This document shows positions 20,233-29,896 of a stretch of DNA of 64,000 nt, piece by piece. The DNA lies in NCBI GenBank assembly GCA_977020255.1, contig CDROCS010005394.1, positions 124,001 to 188,000 of the forward strand. Direction: 5' to 3'. This DNA is from Obrimoposthia wandeli (lineage: Eukaryota). Under the pieces are notes generated by a model. That model saw only the letters and a program-made list of their open reading frames with translations, searched no databases and was not told where the DNA came from. Every line of letters begins with the position of its first letter. The first letter of the stretch is position 1. The position numbers and the translations under genes were made by a program.

Positions 20233-21981
20233 ATGCTCACAGATATTGAAATTTCAAACCAAGCAAGTCCTCAATCTATCTCTGAAATAGCGAATAAACT
20301 GGGGATCCTTAACGATGAATTAATATCGTTTGGTCACGCCAAAGCCAAAGTAGACCTTGCCTTACTTAAGCGCTTAACAACAAAAAAAGACGGTAAATTA
20401 ATCATCGTCACAGCGGTTACCCCTACCCCTCACGGTGAAGGTAAAACAGTCACGACGATTGGCTTAACACAAGGACTTGCTCATATTGGCAAAAAGTCGT
20501 GTGCTTGTATTCGTCAGCCAAGCATGGGTCCGGTTTTTGGTGTCAAAGGTGGCGCTGCAGGCGGTGGTTACGCGCAAGTGATTCCAATGCAAGAAATGAA
20601 CTTGCACCTAACCGGTGATATTCATGCTGTGAGCAGTGCCCATAATCTTGCTGCTGCGGCGCTGGATGCACGCTTGTTTCATGAGACTCGATTAGGTGCC
20701 GTAGAATTTACCCGTCAATCTGATCAAGCGGCCCTTAATATTGACCCGCAACAGATCCTTTGGCGTCGGGTAATCGATCACAACGAACGGAGTTTACGTC
20801 ATATTACCGTTGGTCTATCTATTGTTAATAGTCCTATAAATGGACCGGTACATGATTCTGGCTTTGATATTACCGCGGCATCAGAGTTAATGGCGATCTT
20901 AGCGTTAAGTCATAATTTAACCGACATGCGCAAACGAATTGGTCGCTTAGTACTTGCGCTCGATACCTCAGGTAATCCGATTACCGCTGAAGACCTTAGT
21001 GTAGCGGGTGCTATGACAGCTATTATGGTCGAAGCAATCAAACCCACATTAATGCAAACCCTTAACGGTCAACCCTGCCTTATTCATGCGGGTCCATTTG
21101 CTAATATCGCCCATGGTAATTCTTCTATCATCGCGGATAAGATCGCGCTTAAGCTAGCTGATTTTGTCGTCACCGAAGCAGGCTTTGGCTCAGATATGGG
21201 TTTTGAGAAATTCTGTAATATTAAAGTCAGAGAATCAGGTAAAAAACCGGATGCCGCAGTGCTCGTCGTGACGCTAAAAGCACTTAAGGCGAATAGTGCT
21301 ATCACTCTCGATATAGAGAATGATAACAAGAGTGATATTGATATTAACGAACCTGATATGCCCAGACTACAAGCCGGGTTTGCCAACTTAAATTGGCACA
21401 TCAATAATGTCGCTAAATATGGTGTACCTGTTGTTGTCGCTATTAATCACTTCCCTACTGACACACAAGCAGAGCTAGATTGGTTACAACAAGCGGTAGC
21501 TAAAACAGCAGCGTTTGGTTGTGAAATCAGTCAGTCATTTTCCCAAGGTGCCAGAGGTGCAGAGCAACTTGCCAAGACAGTGGCAGCGGCGACAGAGCAA
21601 ACCAGTGACTTCAAATTTCTCTATGATGTAAATACCAGTATTATCAGTAAACTACTGACATTGGCTGAAAGTGGCTATGGTGCTAACAGCGTTAAACTAA
21701 CAACCCAAGCAACGGCGCAAATGCAGCGGTTCGAGACTCTTGGCTTCTCGCATTTACCACTGTGTATTGCTAAGACGCCTATGTCTATTAGCCATGATCC
21801 AAGCATTAAAGGTGTGCCAGATAATTTCGAACTGCCCGTTACAGAGTTGAGGTTGAATGCTGGCGCAGGTTTTATTACCGCGCTTGTTGGTAAAGTGATG
21901 ACAATGCCAGGGCTCAATATCAAACCCAATTATCGTAATATCGATATTGATGACGCTGGCAATATCATTGGATTAGATTAA
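20233..21981 (+). CDS. fhs: Formate--tetrahydrofolate ligase
   Basis: [70 protein letters not shown]. Confidence 0.98.
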   Translation: MLTDIEISNQASPQSISEIANKLGILNDELISFGHAKAKVDLALLKRLTTKKDGKLIIVTAVTPTPHGEGKTVTTIGLTQGLAHIGKKSCACIRQPSMGPVFGVKGGAAGGGYAQVIPMQEMNLHLTGDIHAVSSAHNLAAAALDARLFHETRLGAVEFTRQSDQAALNIDPQQILWRRVIDHNERSLRHITVGLSIVNSPINGPVHDSGFDITAASELMAILALSHNLTDMRKRIGRLVLALDTSGNPITAEDLSVAGAMTAIMVEAIKPTLMQTLNGQPCLIHAGPFANIAHGNSSIIADKIALKLADFVVTEAGFGSDMGFEKFCNIKVRESGKKPDAAVLVVTLKALKANSAITLDIENDNKSDIDINEPDMPRLQAGFANLNWHINNVAKYGVPVVVAINHFPTDTQAELDWLQQAVAKTAAFGCEISQSFSQGARGAEQLAKTVAAATEQTSDFKFLYDVNTSIISKLLTLAESGYGANSVKLTTQATAQMQRFETLGFSHLPLCIAKTPMSISHDPSIKGVPDNFELPVTELRLNAGAGFITALVGKVMTMPGLNIKPNYRNIDIDDAGNIIGLD

Positions 21982-22124
21982 AGCAAACTGCTTATCCCTG
22001 CTTCAATAACCTGGGATAAGCGACTAAGTTATAACAAAACATAAACAGGCGTTAATTTCAATCTGGTTTCACTCATCACAGCAGTGTACAATGCGCGGCT
22101 GTGTGATTTTATTGGAATTAAATT

Positions 22125-23477
22125 ATGTTTGTCGGTTTTGACTACGGTACTTCTAACTGTGCCGTTGGGTATGTTAACAATGCTAATCCTGAACTTGTTT
22201 CTCTTGGCCAGAACAGTTCATATCTCGCATCAACATTGTATGCTTCGCATCGTAATATGATCCCGAACTGGGTTGCACGTCACTTACCTGATTCAGTAGC
22301 AAAACCAAATTACTTACAATTACGTCGTGGACCAATTCAAGCTGGCCGTAATTTAATCCATGAAGGTTATGAAGACCAACTGTTCTTTGGCCAAGAAGCG
22401 CTTGATACCTATTTAGAAGATCCCGAAGATGGCTACTACATCAAGTCGCCAAAATCATTCTTAGGGGCGACAAGTTTAAGCCCAGCTCAACTCGCACTGA
22501 TGGAAGATGTTGTCACGGCGATGATCTGCAATATTAAAAATAAAGCAGAAGCACAGTTAGATAAACAAATAACCCAAGTTGTGATGGGTAAGCCGGTTAA
22601 CTTCCAAGGCATCAGAGGCGAAGAAAGTAACCAACAAGCGTTATCACTGTTGACTACGGCAGCTCAACGCGCTGGTTTTAAAGATATTGAGTTTCTGTAT
22701 GAACCGCTTGCGGCTGGTTTTGATTATGAACAAAGTCTCACGAAAGAAAAAACCGTGCTTGTGGTTGACATCGGTGGTGGTACCACAGATTGCTCATTAC
22801 TCAAGATGGGGCCTGAAAACTACGGTCTTAGTGATCGTTTCCAACATGTTTTAGGTTATTCCGGTGAACGTATTGGTGGTAACGATTTTGACATTCATTT
22901 TGCACAAAAATCATTAATGCCATTATTTGGTCTGGGCTCAGACCTCATCAGCGGCTTACCTATGCCAGTAAAACCGTTCTGGGATGCTGTCGCGATTAAT
23001 GACATCGGCAGCCAGACTGAATTTTATAGCCAACGCAGCCTTATTGGCTTAAACGATTTATATAAAAACGCCGAACAAAAACAGTTAATAGCCCGTTTAC
23101 TCAAAGTGCAAAAACAAAAGCAAACTTACCAAGTGGTGAATCTTGCAGAGCAGATGAAAAAGCAATTGTCACAAGAAAACAGCACAATCGCAGATTTAAG
23201 CTTTGTTGAAAATGGTTTAACGTTACCGTTAGCGCGCCAAGCACTAGAAATTGCCAATGCACCACAGTTAACCAAAATTAAAGCTCTGATGGATGAAACG
23301 ATCACACTGGCTCAAACAACACCCGATGTTATCTTTGTGACCGGTGGTACTGCGAAGTCGCCAATCATTTTCCAATATATTCAACAGCATTATCCAAACT
23401 GTGAAATCATTATTGGTGATCACTTTGGCAGTGTAACGAAAGGTTTAACCCGTTGGGCTGAAAAGCTGTTCTCTTAA
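22125..23477 (+). CDS. yegD: Hsp70-family molecular chaperone YegD
   Basis: GFDYGTSNC, KSPKSFLG, GKPVNF, YEPLAA, VDIGGGTTD, GNDFD, VTGGTAKSP, GDHFGSV. Confidence 0.93.
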   Translation: MFVGFDYGTSNCAVGYVNNANPELVSLGQNSSYLASTLYASHRNMIPNWVARHLPDSVAKPNYLQLRRGPIQAGRNLIHEGYEDQLFFGQEALDTYLEDPEDGYYIKSPKSFLGATSLSPAQLALMEDVVTAMICNIKNKAEAQLDKQITQVVMGKPVNFQGIRGEESNQQALSLLTTAAQRAGFKDIEFLYEPLAAGFDYEQSLTKEKTVLVVDIGGGTTDCSLLKMGPENYGLSDRFQHVLGYSGERIGGNDFDIHFAQKSLMPLFGLGSDLISGLPMPVKPFWDAVAINDIGSQTEFYSQRSLIGLNDLYKNAEQKQLIARLLKVQKQKQTYQVVNLAEQMKKQLSQENSTIADLSFVENGLTLPLARQALEIANAPQLTKIKALMDETITLAQTTPDVIFVTGGTAKSPIIFQYIQQHYPNCEIIIGDHFGSVTKGLTRWAEKLFS

Positions 23478-23503
23478 TCAATAGGCTTAATGATGCTTTA
23501 ACA

Positions 23504-23537
23504 TTAAGTGTTAAGTGTTAAGTGTTAAGTGTTAAGT
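23504..23537. repeat. Heptamer tandem repeat (TTAAGTG) x4.9
   Basis: Read directly: ttaagtg ttaagtg ttaagtg ttaagtg ttaagt. Confidence 0.95.
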
Positions 23538-23558
23538 AAATTATAAACACAAGATAAC

Positions 23559-23600
23559 AAAAAGGGCTGTCTTATATGATATATAGTACAGCCCTTCTTT
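23559..23600. terminator. Bidirectional terminator between yegD and the TraF-like gene
   Basis: AAGGGCTGT...ACAGCCCTT stem with an A-run before and CTTT after. Confidence 0.7.
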
Positions 23601-23632
23601 CTATTCAAGATGTGATTAGCTATATAGCCAGC

Positions 23633-24778
23633 TTAGAACGTAAAGCTTAAACTCGCAGAGGCACCAACTTGATTGTCACTCCCGTAAGAACCTGCAACAT
23701 CAAGATTTAACGTGCCAAATGGGCTAATACCAATACCGGCAGTTAATGAATCTTCCATCGTACCTTGGATATCATGCTCATAGCCTGCGCGTAATTGCGC
23801 CCAATGCCATGCATTAAATTCAACACCAACACGGGCGAACTGGGTATTGTCTTCTAATTCCACGTAACGTGTTTGCTCAGTTAAATCGACATCAACACCG
23901 AACGTGAAATATTCCACAGCATACGCTAAACCTAACGTTGCTTGCGGGTTCATCTCGTAAGTGTAAATCTGACCAGGCGTTGTTGACTTGATCTCTTGCG
24001 CTAAAACATCTTTTACCGCTAATGCAACACGAAAATCATTCTTCATCCAGACAGCACCTAAATCGAAGTTAAATGCGGTAACTTCAGCATCCGCATCTTC
24101 TAGTTCCAGATCAAAATCGTCAACATTAGATATATCTGAGTAAGTCTGTAGGATCTGATATTTAGGAGTTACACCGAATGAAAATGATTCACCATATATT
24201 GTGTATTGCTTAGCCAAAGCAACGCCAAATTCAGTGTAGCCAAAACCTGTAACGATAACGTCTGTATTTCTATATCGTGCTTCTACGTCAACGTAGGTGC
24301 CGCCTATGTTTGCGGCAACATTAGCATTAGCAATCGCTTCTACATAACCACGACCATATATGCTAACCGAAACATTATTACTCGGTATTGCAATAGCAAA
24401 GGCAACACCAGCAGTTACATTAACAGGCTTATTATCTTCAAGGTCATCTAAATATTGATTCATTTGATCAAGGTCTGCTTGCGATGAACCCGCATTTAAA
24501 TTATCTGCAGTATCTTGTAAATCAGTGATGGTTTCTAATGAACTATCCGCGTCCTTGGCATTAACGCCAATGGCTGGTAATAAAATACCGATATCATCTG
24601 ACTTATCAAACACGGCAAGTAATGCTGGATTATAAAGTGGTGCAGCTAGGTAATCTGCGGTTGCAACACCGATATTACCCATCGCATTTGAACGGCCATC
24701 AGGCGCATAACTTGCTGCTGATGAGGCTAAAGATGTAAACGCTAATGCCAGCGCAATTGAAATTCCATTTTTTGACAT
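23633..24778 (-). CDS. TraF-family (TraF_2-like) outer-membrane beta-barrel protein, chromosomal
   Basis: Signal peptide; DGRSNAMGNIGVA...YNPALLA N-terminal motif; amphipathic strands; QLRAGY, TAGIG; C-terminal Phe (SLSFTF). Confidence 0.78.
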   Translation of the reverse strand: MSKNGISIALALAFTSLASSAASYAPDGRSNAMGNIGVATADYLAAPLYNPALLAVFDKSDDIGILLPAIGVNAKDADSSLETITDLQDTADNLNAGSSQADLDQMNQYLDDLEDNKPVNVTAGVAFAIAIPSNNVSVSIYGRGYVEAIANANVAANIGGTYVDVEARYRNTDVIVTGFGYTEFGVALAKQYTIYGESFSFGVTPKYQILQTYSDISNVDDFDLELEDADAEVTAFNFDLGAVWMKNDFRVALAVKDVLAQEIKSTTPGQIYTYEMNPQATLGLAYAVEYFTFGVDVDLTEQTRYVELEDNTQFARVGVEFNAWHWAQLRAGYEHDIQGTMEDSLTAGIGISPFGTLNLDVAGSYGSDNQVGASASLSFTF

Positions 24779-24915
24779 AGTATCAACCGTAGTCCTATAG
24801 TTTTAAGTATCCCTATTGTAGTATGAGAATAACGTCGGAGACACTAGTTTTAATGCTTTAGTTCAAAAAATAATTAAAATATCACAAAATAATTAATATT
24901 ATAGTACCAAGATCA

Positions 24916-26067
24916 CTATTTCACACTTGCCAGTACTTGTACCAAACGATTAACTGCTAACGCAAGATCATCGTGGCAAGCGTTAGTGAAGTTTAATCTA
25001 AATGCAGCGCCCTTCCCTAATTCTGACTGATAGAATACCGAGCTCGGTACCACAGCAACCCCCACAGCAAGCATTTCTTTAGCCAATATATTAACATCAC
25101 AATCAGGCAGGCGTAGCCAAATAAACATGCCTCCTTCCACTTGCTCAAACTGACAATTATCAGGTAATTGTGCGGTTAATAAATCGGCCAAATGTTGATA
25201 ACGTTGGCGATATAATTGACGTAATCCATCTAAGTGTTTTGGGAAATCTTCATGTTGCAGCAAATCGAGTAATACCGCTTGCATTGGCTGGCTTGAATGT
25301 AAATCTGCGCCTTGTTTTACGCGCTCTAGTGCCGAGATCCAAGCTTTAGGACCACTCGCGAGGCCTAAGCGAATACCCGGTGTTGCGATCTTAGAATATG
25401 AACGCAGTACAATCGCATGTTCAGGACAGAAGCTCGACACCAAGGGTAACTCAGTACCCGAAAAGCGTAATTCACGGTAAGGGGCATCTTCAATCAGTGC
25501 AACATTATATTGCTGACACAATTGCGCGACTTTTTTACGCACTTCAAGTGACCAACATACACCGGTTGGATTATGAAAATCAGGTACTGCATAAAACATC
25601 TTAATGGTTTTATTAGCAAAGCATTGCTCTAACTCTTGTAAATCAGGACCATCTTCGCGCTGCTGAATACTTTCAATACTCGCTTGTGCGAGTCCAAATA
25701 CCTGCAGGGCTCCTAAGTAGCTCGGCGCTTCCATCACGACTTTATCGCCAGCATCTAAAAATGCACGGGCAATTAAATCCAGTCCTTGCTGTGAGCCTGT
25801 ACACACTAGCGCATCTTGCTGGTCAGATAATTGATAACATTCACGGAAATAAGCGAGTAATGGCGCATACCCTGCAGTGCTGCCGTATTGGAATAATTCT
25901 GCGCGCGCAGTCAATTGCTGAATACTCTGCTCCATCAATGCTAACGGAAAGTGATCACCATCCGGTAAGCCCCCCGCTAATGAAATGACATCTGCCGAGT
26001 TAGCGACACTCAAAATTTCTCTGATGTAAGATGGTTTAATTGCCTGTAATGATTTCGCTAACTGCAT
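24916..26067 (-). CDS. PLP-dependent aminotransferase class I/II (LysN/ARO8-like, no DNA-binding domain)
   Basis: IREIL, ISLAGGLP, GSQQGLD, PSYLGA, PDFHNPTG, EDAPY, SYSKIATPGIRLG (PLP Lys). Confidence 0.92.
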   Translation of the reverse strand: MQLAKSLQAIKPSYIREILSVANSADVISLAGGLPDGDHFPLALMEQSIQQLTARAELFQYGSTAGYAPLLAYFRECYQLSDQQDALVCTGSQQGLDLIARAFLDAGDKVVMEAPSYLGALQVFGLAQASIESIQQREDGPDLQELEQCFANKTIKMFYAVPDFHNPTGVCWSLEVRKKVAQLCQQYNVALIEDAPYRELRFSGTELPLVSSFCPEHAIVLRSYSKIATPGIRLGLASGPKAWISALERVKQGADLHSSQPMQAVLLDLLQHEDFPKHLDGLRQLYRQRYQHLADLLTAQLPDNCQFEQVEGGMFIWLRLPDCDVNILAKEMLAVGVAVVPSSVFYQSELGKGAAFRLNFTNACHDDLALAVNRLVQVLASVK

Positions 26068-26224
26068 AGTTTATCTCTCTGGTTATTTTTGTTTTATTGG
26101 TTTTAATATCTAATTGAACAGCTACTTTATAGTTTATTAGTTAACTTACCTGTTTAAGCTAATAAAAAAAGCATGAGTTAAATACATCATTCATCAATAC
26201 TACGGATAAAAAATTGACATAGCA

Positions 26225-26268
26225 TGTCCATTTATGCGCTTATAGGTGTCCATTTATGCTTTTATAAG
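26225..26268. promoter_or_regulatory. 22-bp direct repeat pair, candidate AraC-family operator
   Basis: TGTCCATTTATGCGCTTATAGG / TGTCCATTTATGCTTTTATAAG in the divergent promoter region; TAGTAT -10 on minus at 26197-26202. Confidence 0.6.
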
Positions 26269-26279
26269 ACCACTAACCT

Positions 26280-27173
26280 ATGACAATGCTTTTGAACACA
26301 TCTTCAAATCAGCAAACATCGCGTATCAACGATGTGCTCAATTTTATTCATAGTGATATCAGTGCTGAATTACCCGCAAAGCAGTTAGCAGAGATAGCCG
26401 CTTATTCTGAACAACACTTCCATCGGGTGTTTAAGAATGTCGTTGGCGAGTCGGTGCATCAATATATTCGCCGCAGCCGTTTAGAGTTTGCCGCTAACCA
26501 GTTAATGTTTGATACTCGTAGTTCAGTGGTCACTGTCGCGACTAAATCAGGCTTTGCCTCGGTATCTTCTTTTAGCCGTGCATTTAAAGCCACCTTTGCC
26601 ATGTCGCCGGGTGAATGGCGTCGTAAAGATTTAGCCACCAGCACACCGCCCTATTTACGCGAACCGGAAATTGCCGCGGCGTATGCACGTATTCAAAGTC
26701 GAGTATTACCCCGAGTGCAACTTATTGAATTACCAGAAAGGCACGTAGCTTATGTCCGTCACCAAGGGTATGACCGCTCTATTCGCCTAGCTTGGCAAAC
26801 GTTGGTGGCGTGGGCGAATGTGGAAGGTAGGTGTTATGATCAACAATTTGGACTACACCACTCTAACCCTGCGTTTGTCGGTTTAGAACAGTGTCGTTAT
26901 GTCGCTTGCTTAGCAATAGACAAACCCTTATTACGTCGAGGCACAGTGAATAGCATGGTGATCCCCGGTGGTTTACATGCAGTGTTTAAACTCACCGGTA
27001 AGTATGGTGAATTACTGCCTTATTTAAGCAAGATAATTGAGCAGTGGTTGCCGTCATCAGGTTTTAAAATGCAATCAACGCCAGCTTATGTGCATTACCA
27101 GAAGAACCATTTTTTAGACGATGACGAGCAATTCGAATTACAGTTTTGTTTACCGGTATCGACTTTCTTTTAA
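26280..27173 (+). CDS. AraC-family regulator with C-terminal GyrI-like ligand-binding domain
   Basis: N-terminal double HTH (YSEQHFHRVFK, GFASVSSFSRAFK..SPGEWR); GyrI-like C-terminus (YVRHQGY, CRYVACL, IPGGLHAVF). Confidence 0.92.
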   Translation: MTMLLNTSSNQQTSRINDVLNFIHSDISAELPAKQLAEIAAYSEQHFHRVFKNVVGESVHQYIRRSRLEFAANQLMFDTRSSVVTVATKSGFASVSSFSRAFKATFAMSPGEWRRKDLATSTPPYLREPEIAAAYARIQSRVLPRVQLIELPERHVAYVRHQGYDRSIRLAWQTLVAWANVEGRCYDQQFGLHHSNPAFVGLEQCRYVACLAIDKPLLRRGTVNSMVIPGGLHAVFKLTGKYGELLPYLSKIIEQWLPSSGFKMQSTPAYVHYQKNHFLDDDEQFELQFCLPVSTFF

Positions 27174-27212
27174 TCTGGCTGTTTTGAGGATAAGAATGAA
27201 ACGCTAGATAGC

Positions 27213-27247
27213 AAAAAGCCGGAACCTAAATGAATAAGTTCCGGCTT
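27213..27247 (-). terminator. Terminator of tRNA-Ser copy 1 (also faces the araC transcript)
   Basis: AAAAA-GCCGGAAC...GTTCCGGCT stem. Confidence 0.85.
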
Positions 27248-27257
27248 CTCTAAATAA

Positions 27258-27348
27258 TGGCGGAGGAGGAGAGATTTGAACTCTCGAGGAGCTATTAACC
27301 CCTGCTGGTTTTCAAGACCAGTGCATTCGGCCACTCTGCCACCCCTCC
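27258..27348 (-). tRNA. serT: tRNA-Ser (anticodon TGA), copy 1
   Basis: GGAGGGGTGGCAGAGTGGCCGAATGCACTGGTCTTGAAAACCAG...GAGAGTTCAAATCTCTCCTCCTCCGCCA. Anticodon arm CTGGT-CTTGAAA-ACCAG, long variable arm, G73 discriminator, encoded CCA; 91 nt. Confidence 0.97.
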
Positions 27349-27360
27349 GCAGCAGGAAGG

Positions 27361-27389
27361 ATAATAGGGTAAACGCTGTTGTTTGTAAA
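27361..27389 (-). promoter_or_regulatory. Sigma70 promoter of tRNA-Ser copy 1
   Basis: TTTACA-17 nt-TATTAT followed by a GC-rich discriminator (CCTTCCTGCTGC). Confidence 0.75.
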
Positions 27390-27588
27390 CATACGTCACT
27401 GAATAAATTGTAAATTTATATTCGCCAGTTAAATATCCAACCAATCGTATAAAAACACACTGTCATTTCTGATAACGTAGCAATAATGACAGTAAGTCTC
27501 TATATAAGTAAGTACCCGCATAAAAAACAGTGTGGTAGGTTTTATTGGAGAAATACAATTTAGAAACGGGAAATTGAATAAGGTATTG

Positions 27589-27619
27589 TATTGAGTATTG
27601 AGTATTGAGTATTGAGTAT
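27589..27619. repeat. Heptamer tandem repeat (TATTGAG) x4.4
   Basis: Read directly: tattgag tattgag tattgag tattgag tat. Confidence 0.95.
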
Positions 27620-27659
27620 AAAGCGTAGCAATTATTAACGTGTGGAATGCCCAGATAGC

Positions 27660-27694
27660 AAAAAGCCGGAACCTAAATGAATAAGTTCCGGCTT
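27660..27694 (-). terminator. Terminator of tRNA-Ser copy 2 (identical to copy 1)
   Basis: Same AAAAAGCCGGAACCTAAATGAATAAGTTCCGGCT sequence. Confidence 0.85.
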
Positions 27695-27704
27695 CTCTAA
27701 TAGA

Positions 27705-27795
27705 TGGCGGAGGAGGAGAGATTTGAACTCTCGAGGAGCTATTAACCCCTGCTGGTTTTCAAGACCAGTGCATTCGGCCACTCTGCCACCCCTCC
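27705..27795 (-). tRNA. serT: tRNA-Ser (anticodon TGA), copy 2
   Basis: Same sequence as 27258-27348. Confidence 0.97.
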
Positions 27796-27807
27796 GCAGC
27801 AAGACGC

Positions 27808-27836
27808 ATACTAGAGGAACTTCAGTATCATGTAAA
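27808..27836 (-). promoter_or_regulatory. Sigma70 promoter of tRNA-Ser copy 2
   Basis: TTTACA-17 nt-TAGTAT followed by a GC-rich discriminator (GCGTCTTGCTGC). Confidence 0.75.
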
Positions 27837-27976
27837 TACACGACACTGAATAAGCTAAAAATAGTTGTCATTCGAAATAACGATGCTCAACTTACAGACA
27901 AATAGTCTCTATTTAGTTCGGTATAGGCGATTTCACTATTCTAACATCCCCTGCTTTCCCTATTTATTTCTCGTTG

Positions 27977-29191
27977 TTATTTATCCGTCGATGTCGCACC
28001 AATTTTATGGATTGAAATATCAGCGCCGTGGTATTCAGATTCTTCATCAAGACGAATACCGACTAATTTATCGATCAAGCCATAAACTAAAAAACCACCG
28101 ACAAGTGCAATGACCATGCCCGCAATAGTACCGACGATCTGCGCCATAATACTCACGCCACCAAGACCGCCAAAGGCTTCACTACCAAATATACCAGCAG
28201 CAACACCACCCCAAGCACCACAGAGCCCATGTAATGGCCAAACACCGAGTACATCATCAAACTTAGGAAACTTATTCTGCACCAAGGTAAAGACAGCAAC
28301 AAACAAGCCACCCGCAACACCACCAACAACCAACGCACCAATCGGATGCATGATATCAGAGCCAGCACAGACCGCGACTAAACCCGCTAAAGGACCATTA
28401 TGAATAAAGCCGGGATCTTTATTACCAACCACCATAGCAACCAGCGTACCGCCGACCATCGCCATTAAACTATTCACCGCCACTAAACCGGATATACCAT
28501 CTAAAGTTTGCGCTGACATGACATTAAAGCCAAACCAACCGACCGTTAAGATCCAAGAACCTAATGCTAAGAAAGGAATATTTGAAGGTGCAAACGCAAT
28601 CACACGACCATCACGGTAACGCCCCTGACGTGAGCCCAATACCATGATTGCAGCAAATGCTATCCAACCACCCACACTGTGTACGACGACTGAACCAGCA
28701 AAGTCATGAAATTCAGCGCCAAATGTTGCGCCTAACCAAGCTTGAAAATCATAATTACCATTCCAAATCATGCCTTCAAAGAAAGGATATACAAAACCGA
28801 CAATCAGCACTGAAGCGATCAACATCGGATAAAACTTAGCACGCTCAGCCACACCACCGGAAATAATAGCCGGAATTGCTGCTGCAAAGGTAAGTAAGAA
28901 GAAGAATTTAACTAATTCATAACCATTATTCTGGGTTAATTCATTGGCACTGGCAAAAAAGTCCATGCCATAAGCTATTTGATAACCGACAAAAAAGTAA
29001 GCCAATGTCGACATGGCAAAATCGGTCATGATTTTAACCAAGGCATTTACCTGGTTCTTATGACGAACCGTACCCACTTCCAAAAAGGCAAAACCTGCGT
29101 GCATGGCCAAAACCATGATTGCACCCAGCAAAATAAAGAGGGTGTTAGAGCTTTGCACTAACGTCTCGACTGCACTATTAACGTTTTCCAA
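27977..29191 (-). CDS. amt: Ammonium transporter (Amt family)
   Basis: MHAGFAFLEVG, AIISGGVAER, HDFAGSVVVH, GWFGFN, NGPLAGLVAV, DDVLGVWPLHG (twin-His pair present). Confidence 0.96.
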   Translation of the reverse strand: MENVNSAVETLVQSSNTLFILLGAIMVLAMHAGFAFLEVGTVRHKNQVNALVKIMTDFAMSTLAYFFVGYQIAYGMDFFASANELTQNNGYELVKFFFLLTFAAAIPAIISGGVAERAKFYPMLIASVLIVGFVYPFFEGMIWNGNYDFQAWLGATFGAEFHDFAGSVVVHSVGGWIAFAAIMVLGSRQGRYRDGRVIAFAPSNIPFLALGSWILTVGWFGFNVMSAQTLDGISGLVAVNSLMAMVGGTLVAMVVGNKDPGFIHNGPLAGLVAVCAGSDIMHPIGALVVGGVAGGLFVAVFTLVQNKFPKFDDVLGVWPLHGLCGAWGGVAAGIFGSEAFGGLGGVSIMAQIVGTIAGMVIALVGGFLVYGLIDKLVGIRLDEESEYHGADISIHKIGATSTDK

Positions 29192-29451
29192 TTTTTGATC
29201 CCTCTTTTAGTATCAACATCATCCAGTACGCTGATATCTCATCCCTGTAAACTCTTCACTTTACTTCATTTAGCAAAAATAAAATTAAAGTAAAAACATT
29301 AAACATACACTTCATTTACATTGATAATACATCAAGTAACTGTGATGTCTATAGCAGAGCTATCTGCTGAACGATATAAGTAATTTAGGCTAACTATATA
29401 AAAAGAGATAGTAAAATGGCTGTATAAAGAGGGATATAAAAAGAGAAATAT

Positions 29452-29481
29452 AAAAAAGGCGCCCGATAAAGGACGCCTTTT
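29452..29481 (-). terminator. Intrinsic terminator after frdD
   Basis: AAAAAAGGCG...CGCCTTTT stem. Confidence 0.8.
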
Positions 29482-29509
29482 CATAACACATGCTACTGAC
29501 AGCGAGCAC

Positions 29510-29887
29510 TTAGCTCATTTGTAGCAACAAGGTAAATACAAACACAGTCACCGCAAATGCAAAACCATAACTTAGTACTTTTTGCACATCTCGGCCACGC
29601 TTAACACCTAAATCATGTAATGCATGGAAGATACGGTGCAAGGTATGCCATAGCGGCAGCGCGATTAACACCAAGATAATGCCCGCACCGTACCAAGTGG
29701 TCGCAAAACCATGCAGGGTTTGATAGTTAAAGTTACCTTGATCTATGATCCCTAACGGAATTAACAGCCCAGTAATTAAAATCATCACTGGCGTTAAAAA
29801 CGCAGTTAACATGCCACCAGCACCAAACAATCCCCAAAATATCGGTTCATGCGATCGTACGTAGGTTTTCTTGTTCATTTCAGACAT
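29510..29887 (-). CDS. frdD: Fumarate reductase membrane anchor subunit D
   Basis: RSHEPIFWGLFGAGGM, LWHTLHRIFHALHDL. Confidence 0.95.
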   Translation of the reverse strand: MSEMNKKTYVRSHEPIFWGLFGAGGMLTAFLTPVMILITGLLIPLGIIDQGNFNYQTLHGFATTWYGAGIILVLIALPLWHTLHRIFHALHDLGVKRGRDVQKVLSYGFAFAVTVFVFTLLLQMS

Positions 29888-29896
29888 ATTAGCTCC

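Noticed and set aside
23633-24778. TraF-family gene as evidence of a conjugative element
   Set aside because: No other tra/trb, relaxase or integrase genes; flanks are housekeeping genes of similar composition.
23504-27619. Short tandem repeats as CRISPR or iteron arrays
   Set aside because: They are contiguous 7-mers without spacers, and no cas or rep genes are present.
27206-27802. Direct repeat at tRNA-Ser as attL/attR of an integrated element
   Set aside because: Both copies are full-length tRNAs with their own promoter and terminator, and the ~300-bp spacer has no integrase or cargo ORF.
27635-28113. ORFs 27635-27871, 27723-27905 and 27865-28113 near the tRNA
   Set aside because: They overlap tRNA copy 2, its promoter or the amt 3' end; no coding signal.
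29321-29335. TTGAT-AATAC-ATCAA upstream of amt as an FNR site
   Set aside because: The spacer is 5 nt; FNR requires 4.
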